Shown: positions 35,001 through 41,040 of the stretch, piece after piece
Layout: each line of letters opens with the position of its first letter
Position numbering within the stretch: position 1 is the first letter of the stretch
Assembly: GCA_040382435.1 (NCBI GenBank)
Contig: JBEIFN010000001.1
Location: 1-57,253 of the forward strand
Direction: 5' to 3'
Source: Alphaproteobacteria bacterium
GTDB taxonomy: Bacteria > Myxococcota_A > UBA796 > GCA-2862545
DNA: 57,253 nt
Notes under the pieces: generated by a model
Told to the model about the DNA's origin: nothing
Database searches by the model: none
What the model saw: the letters and a program-made list of their open reading frames with translations, nothing else
Position numbers and translations under genes: made by a program

Positions 35001-35362
35001 ACGCCGCGCTCGCGTTCGATGACGCGCTGAAGTCCTCCCTGGCTGCCGGGGACCGGCTCGCCGCGGCGCAGATCTCGCTCCACTGGGGACGTTCGCGGCG
35101 CCCAGACGCGGAGACCCACGCGATGGTCGCGCCCGCGCGCGCCCTGCTCGAACGGCGAGGGTACCGCTGGCTCGAGGTCGAGTACGCGCTCCTCGAGCTG
35201 CGGATGCTCCGCGATCTTGGGCATCTCGGTCCGTCCGAGCGTGCGTTGGCGGAGGCGAGAGCGCTGCTCCAGGGGATCGCGGCGCGTCAGGCGGTCACGG
35301 AGGCCTCGGCGCTGCGGGTCCACCCGTGGACCCGAGAGGTCCGGCGAGCGATGGCCTCGTGA
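32027..35362 (+). CDS. Ser/Thr protein kinase with degenerate AAA/STAND-like middle domain and C-terminal TPR-like helical repeats
   Basis: TTG 32027 lies 5 nt after GGAGGG. Kinase motifs ATGGMAEV, YALKLL, HRDLKSANVV, DFGTA and SYASPEQ are all present. No GK[ST] occurs anywhere after the kinase domain; the Walker-A position reads SGLDPLEID and the Walker-B position LVLESPGRLD. Confidence 0.9.
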   Translation: MPTPTRIGPFDVVRPLATGGMAEVFEVLDPATGERYALKLLQEARSSLKRFNREFEAMSRLNHPGICRVYRYGQHERQPWITMELLDGLALQSWVKRFGDPGAPERTAETLRVGWCIAGALGYLHDRGIVHRDLKSANVVVLHDGRVKLLDFGTAHLLDPLERITAPGDFVGTFSYASPEQILGHAVDGASDLYALGVILYRLASGRRPFRGSDPKTLAQLHLQEVPRRMRESVPELPEALDALVARLLEKRVTDRPRSASVVADALESIHGAPFVLPGDGLHFAAERSVGRGPQHIALWRALDAVVPGGAVEVSGLDPLEIDTFAETVAQDAARRGWRAAVLGTQDLHLRGLALAVAALASAGDQPELRELRRAPPDGVERLLRTLVPTLMTALARTEEPAVLVLESPGRLDTAAQRVLVALARGASAANTRLRFVLLDLPVGDSSGLATALDATRLCAPRLMDGEVAIATAELLHRRPPPPNAARRIAHASGGRPGWLAPVLEAMLDADEVEVRADDANRVDWQERPSHVPFHAERLEQARAAVGERVPAAWRAVGEPIALLDAPLPEAVLFDVLGGSAAAVSVILEDGHAAGVWRRAEGRVAIDDPVLSRLWREGMTSARRLALVEALARVGETRAPTAALAACMFEAGRSEGALRVAVRVAQDLLDLGASADAFALLDGLVDAAQHPGLDAGLVCSFFVAHGRCARIVKPLDPRSVRSFKIAEERAETDAARARVALARAELYAALGHPSNHARALELAWTLLKDAPSDPLRSEVARRLGAQCVDDGRIGLALRWFDHAIAAAEAASDAVALGAAELERARLTWWLGDADAALAVATRLSASTNAPLAWSAIALTADVGRLQGRFSEVLAPLERAVAQLRAGGAPPEVRWRLLLVLGEIELALDRLGGAQEVAEELLGGLARGEPLPRRLEARRLAARVHLASGRVADARSALQDIVSAADAAGLRRLAYLARAPLGEAAVLQGDGLDAALAFDDALKSSLAAGDRLAAAQISLHWGRSRRPDAETHAMVAPARALLERRGYRWLEVEYALLELRMLRDLGHLGPSERALAEARALLQGIAARQAVTEASALRVHPWTREVRRAMAS

Positions 35363-35835
35363 TCACGGGCGCCTGGCGGAGGCTCGCGCCCGCGGCGCGG
35401 GGGTGGCGTCAGGCCGCGGCTGGGCTTCGTGCCGTGTTGACGATGACGCCGGCGCTCGCTTGGGGAGCGATGCTGCTGGGGCCGCGCGTGGGCTGGGGGC
35501 CGCTCCTCGCCGTGATGCCCGCCGCTTGGCTGATCGGTGTGGCGTTGTCGGTCTATGTGGCCGGGCGACGCCATGACGCCGTCGTTTGGCTGTGTTTGCC
35601 CGAGCAACTCGTCGTCGTCGAGGGCGTGTGGTGGCGACAGACGATCGCCGTGCCGCTCGAAGCGGTGCAGCATGTCGACGTCGACGAGGGGCCGCTCGCG
35701 CGTGCGCTCGGTGTCGCCACGCTCGCGGTGTACACCGGCACAGGGGGAGGCGCGGACGTGGTCCTCGCTGGCTTGTCGCACGGTGACGCCGAGGCGCTCC
35801 GAGGATTTCTGATCGCGGCGGCCCCGCATGGATGA
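35359..35835 (+). CDS. YdbS-like bacterial PH-domain (bPH_2) membrane protein
   Basis: GTG 35359 overlaps the kinase TGA (GTGA); the alternative is GTG 35326. Two TM helices, then a bPH_2 block (VPLEAVQHVDVDEGPLARALGVATLAVYT). Confidence 0.75.
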   Translation: MITGAWRRLAPAARGWRQAAAGLRAVLTMTPALAWGAMLLGPRVGWGPLLAVMPAAWLIGVALSVYVAGRRHDAVVWLCLPEQLVVVEGVWWRQTIAVPLEAVQHVDVDEGPLARALGVATLAVYTGTGGGADVVLAGLSHGDAEALRGFLIAAAPHG

Positions 35836-37483
35836 GGTGGGGGACCGTCGCTTGCCGCTGCGGGCCGCCCCCTTGGCCGCCGGGCGTGAGCTGCTTGGCT
35901 TGCTGCGGCGGTGGGCTTGGTTGTTGCTGCTCGCGTGGGTCGGACATCGTCCGGAGGCCCCGACCCGTCCCCTGCTCGCGGTGAGTCTCGTCCTCGGCAT
36001 GATCGCCGCGGCTCGCGCCGCGTGGGTTCCGTTGACGACGCGGTGGGCGCTGGGTCGCGCGGCGTTGACGGTTCAGACCGGCTGGTTGCGCGTGGAGCGC
36101 CGGGTGCTCCCGCTGTCGCGCATCGTGGCGGTCGAGGTCGCTTACGGGCCGTTGTTGGCTGCGCTCGGCTTGGCCGAGGTGGAGATCCGGACGTTGGGCG
36201 ACGCTGAGGCCCCGTTGCGGCTTCGGTGGCTCGAACGCAAGGACGCGGCCAGCTTGCAGGCGGCGCTCCGTGGGGAGGGTCAGCGCGCGGCGCCGTCGGC
36301 GGCGTGGGGCTGCCCCCTCTGGCTGTGGGCGCTCTGGGGCGCGATGCAGCCACGCTGGGGGGCGGTGGTGCTCGTCGTCGGCGGGGCGTCGCAGTTGGTG
36401 GGCTGGCGTCCCGATGGCGTCGATCGTCCCGACCCTGTGTGGATCGACCGGATGCTGGTGCTGGGTCTGCTCCTCGGGCCGGCGGTGGGCGCGGTGCAAG
36501 CCGTCATTCAACACGCGGGACAGACCCTCACGCCGACGCCTCGGGGCGTCGCGGTGCGCGCGGGATGGCCGGTGGCGCGGCGCTGGCAGCTCGAACGCGA
36601 GCGCGTCGCGTCGGTTCGTTGGGTGCAAGGACCTTGGCTGGCGCGATCCGGTGCGGTCCGGGTGGTGATCCACGCCGTGCGCGCCGCCGACGCGCGAACG
36701 GGGGTGCTGACCGATCTCACGCTCGTGGTCCCTTGGTTGTCGTGGTCACAAGCAGAAGAACTGGGTGCGGCACTCGGCGTCGCCCAGCAGCGCGCGTTCG
36801 ACGGGGGGGTGCCGCTGGCGGCTGTCGAGGGGCATCGGCGTCGCGCGGTCGCCCTCCTCGCGGGCGGCGTGGGCGGCGTCGCGCTTGGGGTCGTCGTTCA
36901 GCCCGGCTTGGGGGCTGCCTGGGCGGCGGCTTGGCTCGCGTGGGGCATCTGGCGGGGGGCACGCGCGCGCGCGACGCGGTGGGGGGCGGACGCGCTCGGG
37001 TGGTGGCGGCGTGTCGAGGGCCCTTGGCCTGCGTGGGAGGTCGCCGTTGGCGCGCGCGCGACGCGCGCCGCGATGCTGACCCCGCCGTGGCTCGCGGCAC
37101 GTGGCGTCACCCGACTGGGCCTAGGAAGCCCGGGGCGTTGGTTTGCGTTGGGGCTGGTCGACGCCCATGCCGCCGAGGCGGCGGCGCTGGGGTGGGCGCG
37201 CTCAGCCGTCCGCCGCCGCGCGCTCGGCGCGCAACTCGAGCAGCACGAGGGTGCTGCTGGCGGCGAGGATGGCACCCAGCACGTCGCCGTAGAGCAGCGA
37301 GAGCAGCACGCCCAACATGGCCAGACCGACAGCGGCGTAGGGCTGGCGTCGGTACCAGCTGACGGCGAGGCTGAACTCGGCGGCCGCGAGGGCGAGGGTG
37401 AAGCCGCTGCTGGTCAACATCCCGAGGGTCATCGGCGAACCGACCCCATAGAAGCTCCACTCCCAGCGGAGGTTGAGCGCTGA
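35828..37483 (+). CDS. YdbT-like membrane protein with repeated bPH_2 domains
   Basis: ATG 35828 overlaps the upstream gene by 8 nt. Repeated 'LPLSRIVAVEVAYGPLLAALGLAEVEI'-type bPH_2 units are separated by TM pairs. The last ~94 codons (37202-37483) run antisense to a better-supported minus-strand gene and look like a shadow extension. Confidence 0.7.
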   Translation: MDEVGDRRLPLRAAPLAAGRELLGLLRRWAWLLLLAWVGHRPEAPTRPLLAVSLVLGMIAAARAAWVPLTTRWALGRAALTVQTGWLRVERRVLPLSRIVAVEVAYGPLLAALGLAEVEIRTLGDAEAPLRLRWLERKDAASLQAALRGEGQRAAPSAAWGCPLWLWALWGAMQPRWGAVVLVVGGASQLVGWRPDGVDRPDPVWIDRMLVLGLLLGPAVGAVQAVIQHAGQTLTPTPRGVAVRAGWPVARRWQLERERVASVRWVQGPWLARSGAVRVVIHAVRAADARTGVLTDLTLVVPWLSWSQAEELGAALGVAQQRAFDGGVPLAAVEGHRRRAVALLAGGVGGVALGVVVQPGLGAAWAAAWLAWGIWRGARARATRWGADALGWWRRVEGPWPAWEVAVGARATRAAMLTPPWLAARGVTRLGLGSPGRWFALGLVDAHAAEAAALGWARSAVRRRALGAQLEQHEGAAGGEDGTQHVAVEQREQHAQHGQTDSGVGLASVPADGEAELGGREGEGEAAAGQHPEGHRRTDPIEAPLPAEVER

Positions 37484-37561
37484 CTGCCCCAGCAGGAGCG
37501 AAGCGCCGATGGCGATCGCGCTCGCGAGTACGGTATGCAGCATCAGGATGGAGAGGCGCAT
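37202..37561 (-). CDS. Small hypothetical integral membrane protein (about 4 TM)
   Basis: Strongly hydrophobic 119-aa product. Its third codon positions are the G/C-rich ones in the region shared with the plus-strand ORF tail. No Shine-Dalgarno is visible; M7 at 37543 is an alternative start. Confidence 0.55.
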   Translation of the reverse strand: MRLSILMLHTVLASAIAIGASLLLGQSALNLRWEWSFYGVGSPMTLGMLTSSGFTLALAAAEFSLAVSWYRRQPYAAVGLAMLGVLLSLLYGDVLGAILAASSTLVLLELRAERAAADG

Positions 37562-38018
37562 GCGGTCCGCGTGGAAGGTGGTGGCTTGGCGTCGGTTCGA
37601 CGTGCAGCCCGAGGAGGTGTGGGCGGCGCTCGGTGCCGACCCCCAAGGCGTTCTAGCCCCCAACGGCCCGTTCGGCTCGGTGCAGGCCTTCGCGCAAGGT
37701 CCGTGGACCGTCGATCCGCCGTCGCGGGCGCGGCGGCTCTCGGCGGGGTGTGATCAGCGCCTTCGTATCGAGCGCGCGATCGGAGATCGCAGCCGCTTGG
37801 TCGTCGAGACCCTGGTGTGGCGCTCGGGTTGGTTCGCAGGACTGGCCGCACGCATGGCGGCGTCCGCGGCCGGACGCGCGGCGGTGACTGCGCTGCAAGC
37901 CGTGGCGCTGCCGGGGGACGGCAAGGCGGGTCTGCGCGCTCACCCGCTCCCGCCAGCGATGGCGGGGCACGGCGAGGACGCGCTGGGCACGTTGCTCGCG
38001 CCTGCGACGTCACGCTAG
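37560..38018 (+). CDS. Hypothetical protein, possibly SRPBCC-fold
   Basis: GGAGAGG lies upstream of ATG 37560. High GC3. The N-terminus (WKVVAWRRFDVQPEEVWAAL) resembles the start of SRPBCC/polyketide-cyclase-like proteins. The family call is weak. Confidence 0.5.
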   Translation: MRSAWKVVAWRRFDVQPEEVWAALGADPQGVLAPNGPFGSVQAFAQGPWTVDPPSRARRLSAGCDQRLRIERAIGDRSRLVVETLVWRSGWFAGLAARMAASAAGRAAVTALQAVALPGDGKAGLRAHPLPPAMAGHGEDALGTLLAPATSR

Positions 38019-38671
38019 CCGACCCGCAACGCGGCTTGCAGGACAGCGCCGGTGAAGCTCGGTCGTAGGTAGAGCCCGCGCCGCATCGCACGCACGCGCT
38101 CGCCCTCCTCGTCGATCACCCACGCGGTGTCTTCGGCGCTTTTCCCCTTGGGCCGCACCTGGAGCGCGACGCCGAGGCGGCCGTGGAGCAGTCGGTGTTC
38201 CCCTTGGGCCGCGACGTCTGCGAACGTCTCCCAGTCGTTTGCGAGCACGGCTTCCTCGTCTGCCGTCGGGACCCACAGGAACGCACGACCCACGCGCGGG
38301 CCGGTCGGCGTGGCGACGATGGGCACCCAGAGGACGTGAGAGAGCTTGGCGCGAACGGGGCAATGTTCCCAGCGTGGCCAACCCGGTTCGAGGGGTGCGG
38401 TCGTGACGTAGGTCGACTCGCGGGGCCTGCCGTCGGGGTTGACGGGGAGCGTTTTGCACTCCACGCCCAGCGTCGGAAAGTCAGGCACGGGGAGGTTGCC
38501 GGCGTGCGCGCCGAGCAGGCGCTCCACCGCCTCGCCGACCCAGCCCTTGCTGCGGCTCGGATCGGGGCACCGCGTGTGGAGGCGCGCGGCGAGGTCCTCG
38601 GCGCTCGCGCCCGCCAGCGCGCGGGCCCGCTGGCGCAGGACCTCGAGGGTCTCGGGCGGCGCGACGCGCAT
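38015..38671 (-). CDS. mutH: MutH-family GATC-specific nicking endonuclease
   Basis: Collinear with E. coli MutH over the whole length: KGWVGEAVERLLGA, PDFPTLGVECKTLPV (D...ExK catalytic triad), VLWVP, LQVRPKGKS, RRGLYLRPSF (the Tyr212-equivalent block). Confidence 0.85.
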   Translation of the reverse strand: MRVAPPETLEVLRQRARALAGASAEDLAARLHTRCPDPSRSKGWVGEAVERLLGAHAGNLPVPDFPTLGVECKTLPVNPDGRPRESTYVTTAPLEPGWPRWEHCPVRAKLSHVLWVPIVATPTGPRVGRAFLWVPTADEEAVLANDWETFADVAAQGEHRLLHGRLGVALQVRPKGKSAEDTAWVIDEEGERVRAMRRGLYLRPSFTGAVLQAALRVG

Positions 38672-38676
38672 CTCGG

Positions 38677-39771
38677 CTACGGCGCTGTGTGGACGAGCGT
38701 CGTGACGGCCGCGTCGATCGGCGCGCGTCCGTCGAGCAGGGCCGAGGCGTCGGCGCGTCCCGTGGCCGTCTCAGCGAGCGCGAGGAGCCCGACAACGCCG
38801 ATGCGTTGGCTGGTGGCCGCGTCGAGCGTCACGCCTGGGGAGTCGATGCCAGGGAGTCCTGCTTGGTCGCCCCAGCCGACGTGTCCGGCGCCGGCGATGT
38901 CGTGGCGCCAGGCGGGCGCAGGCAGCGCGCCCCAGATGGCCTCGCCGTCGGCCGGAGTCGAGGGGTCGAGCGCGCCCGTCTGGTGAAGCGTGGGTAGGGC
39001 GGTCGCACCGACGCCTGCGGCCTGCATCAGGCGCCAGTCGCCGGGTGCGAACGCGACCGCGCCCTGAAACCGGTCGTCGGCGAACCCCGCCTCGAACGAC
39101 GGGAGGTAGGCGTCGGTCCAGCCGTTGCACACGCTCGCGGTGTCGCCTTGCGCACACAGCGGCCCCCACGTCGCGACGTCGAGGCCGGCCCCGGCGATCA
39201 ACAGAGCCGTGAAGCCGCCGAACGAATGTCCTGCGACCACCGCCTGCCCGTTGGGCACGAGGAACGGCTCGGCGCCGTCGAGCAGGTGGGTCAGCGTCGC
39301 TGAGACGTCGGCCGGACGCTGCACGTAGATGTCGGTGGTGCGGTCGGGGCTGTCGAACGACGTGTTGCCGGTGTGGTCGGGTGCGGCGACGATCCAGCCG
39401 TGACGAGCGGCCTGCGCCATCACCGACCCGAGGCTCTCGGCGAACCCGCGATGGCCGTGCGAGAACACGATGACTGGGCGCGGACCGGGCGCCGGTGCCG
39501 GGTCATCGAGGACCCCTGGGGCCGGGAAGAACCCGAGGTAGGCGACCTCGTCGTCGGTCAGTTCCGGGGCCTCGGTCGGGAACCACAGCGCGAGGCGCAG
39601 GCGACGCTCGCCGGTCAGCGGGTGGTCGTAGACGACCTCGGAGGTGCGGTAGCCGACGCGGTAGCTGCCCGATCCCGTGATCTCGGCCACCGGGTCAACG
39701 TCGGCGCTGTCGACCGCGTCATCGGTTCCGTTCGGCGCCGTGCATGCCAAAAGCGAGGCGAGCCACCACAT
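38677..39771 (-). CDS. Alpha/beta-hydrolase lipoprotein (PAF-acetylhydrolase / dienelactone-hydrolase-like)
   Basis: ATG 39771 (MWWLASLLAC-T lipobox). VIVFSHGH and AGHSFGG nucleophile elbow. Ends 5 nt before the mutH start. Confidence 0.75.
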   Translation of the reverse strand: MWWLASLLACTAPNGTDDAVDSADVDPVAEITGSGSYRVGYRTSEVVYDHPLTGERRLRLALWFPTEAPELTDDEVAYLGFFPAPGVLDDPAPAPGPRPVIVFSHGHRGFAESLGSVMAQAARHGWIVAAPDHTGNTSFDSPDRTTDIYVQRPADVSATLTHLLDGAEPFLVPNGQAVVAGHSFGGFTALLIAGAGLDVATWGPLCAQGDTASVCNGWTDAYLPSFEAGFADDRFQGAVAFAPGDWRLMQAAGVGATALPTLHQTGALDPSTPADGEAIWGALPAPAWRHDIAGAGHVGWGDQAGLPGIDSPGVTLDAATSQRIGVVGLLALAETATGRADASALLDGRAPIDAAVTTLVHTAP

Positions 39772-39893
39772 CCACACCTTCCGGGTGTTGGGTAACGCGG
39801 CGTCGGAGGGCTGGCGGACCGTCCATCGGTCGCAGGGTGAGACGCTGTGAATCATCGGCTCATGCCGTGCGAGGCCCCGCGCGGAGGTGGGCG

Positions 39894-40574
39894 ATGACGA
39901 CGGTCGAGGCGTATGGGGTGACGGGTCCGGAGCGTTGGGGCGACGCGGAGCTGCTCGCGCTGATCTTGGGCGGCCCGCGGTCGCTGCAGGCTGCAGCCGA
40001 GGCGCTGGAGGTGTTCTCGGGGCTCGCGAACCTCGCGTTGGAGGAGCCGATGGCGATCGCCGAGCGGGCGGGGCTGTCGCTCCCCCGCGCGGTCCGAATG
40101 CACGCGGCCCTCGCGCTCGGACGGCGGGCGCTCAGTCAGGCGGCGGTCGAGGTCGCCAAGCTCGAAGACGCGGCGGATGCGGCGCGGATCTTCCGGCCAC
40201 GGCTCGCTCACCTCGCACGCGAGGAGCTGCACGCGGCGTTCTTGGATCGCCGCAACCGGGTCGTCGCGATTCGCACGCTCACGACGGGGAGCGCGGCCTA
40301 TACGATCGTCGACCCTGCGCACGTGTTTCGCGTGGCGCTCGCGGTCCGCGCCGAGGCGGTCGTGCTCGCGCACAACCATCCTTCGGGAGACGCGCGACCT
40401 TCGGTGGCCGATGTCGAGATCACGCAGCGCATCGCCGAAGCGGGTCGCATGTTGGGGGTCGCCTTGCTCGACCACGTGATCGTGGGCGCCGATGAGGTGG
40501 TCAGCCTCGCCGCCAGGGGCGCGGTGCCGCGCTTTCACACGGGCTCACCAGCGCTGGCCGCGGATCCGACGTAG
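39894..40574 (+). CDS. radC: RadC-family JAB/MPN-domain protein
   Basis: N-terminal helix-hairpin-helix-like region (ELLALILG) and the JAMM motif VLAHNHPSGDARPSVADVEIT. Confidence 0.9.
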   Translation: MTTVEAYGVTGPERWGDAELLALILGGPRSLQAAAEALEVFSGLANLALEEPMAIAERAGLSLPRAVRMHAALALGRRALSQAAVEVAKLEDAADAARIFRPRLAHLAREELHAAFLDRRNRVVAIRTLTTGSAAYTIVDPAHVFRVALAVRAEAVVLAHNHPSGDARPSVADVEITQRIAEAGRMLGVALLDHVIVGADEVVSLAARGAVPRFHTGSPALAADPT

Positions 40575-40647
40575 CCGTGGGCTTGTCGAGAGGTGCGGAC
40601 TCGGCTACGATGCTCCGAGCCTCAAGGGCGCTGTTTCGGAGGATTCG

Positions 40648-40962
40648 ATGTTCGCACTTGGTTCCCCCCGCGCGATGTTGCACATCGCCGCCGTCGTGGT
40701 CCTCACGTCGGCATGCGGCCCGAACGAGAAGGTGGCGTCGTCGTCGTCCGAGCCCACCACGAGCCTCGACCAGTCTCTTCCGGCGCTCGATACGGGCCGT
40801 CCCGATCCGATCTCCGCTGAGGAACCTGCGGATCCTCCCGCGGATACGCCTGCCGATACGCCTGCCGATACGCCTGCCGATACGCCCGCGGATACGCCTG
40901 CCGATACGCCCGCGGATACGCCCGCGGATACGCCGGTGGACACCGCGCCGTCGGGCGGTTGA
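40648..40962 (+). CDS. Small lipoprotein with (ADTP)n repeat tail
   Basis: Lipobox LTSAC-G. The C-terminal half is eight tandem ADTP units. Confidence 0.6.
   Translation: MFALGSPRAMLHIAAVVVLTSACGPNEKVASSSSEPTTSLDQSLPALDTGRPDPISAEEPADPPADTPADTPADTPADTPADTPADTPADTPADTPVDTAPSGG
40843..40938 (+). repeat. 12-bp tandem repeat, eight near-perfect units (gatacgccYgcS), flanked by degenerate units at 40831-40842 and 40939-40950
   Basis: Read directly: gatacgcctgcc x3, gatacgcccgcg, gatacgcctgcc, gatacgcccgcg x2, gatacgccggtg. In frame within the CDS. Confidence 0.95.
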
Positions 40963-41040
40963 TCCCGTCGGTGGGGGCGGTGGACGTCCTGCCCTGATGC
41001 GCCCTGACCGCGCCCCGAGCCGTGCCGAACGGCGGAGCGC

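Noticed and set aside
32027-35362. The kinase-STAND protein (and the STAND/TPR protein at 50237-53143) as Avs-like antiphage sensors.
   Set aside because: Both have degenerate Walker motifs and no recognisable nuclease, TIR, SIR2 or protease effector domain. Their neighbours are housekeeping-type genes with no mobile-element context. Such kinase-TPR proteins are abundant paralogues in myxobacteria-like genomes.
38015-40574. MutH-like nuclease + hydrolase + RadC as a restriction or defence island.
   Set aside because: There is no methyltransferase, helicase, toxin or integrase nearby. RadC is on the opposite strand with its own start and looks like the ordinary housekeeping copy. GC content and codon bias do not differ visibly from the surroundings.
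40831-40950. A regular short repeat that could superficially suggest a CRISPR-like array.
   Set aside because: The period is 12 bp with no spacers, and it is in frame within a lipoprotein CDS encoding (ADTP)n. No cas genes are present in the window.
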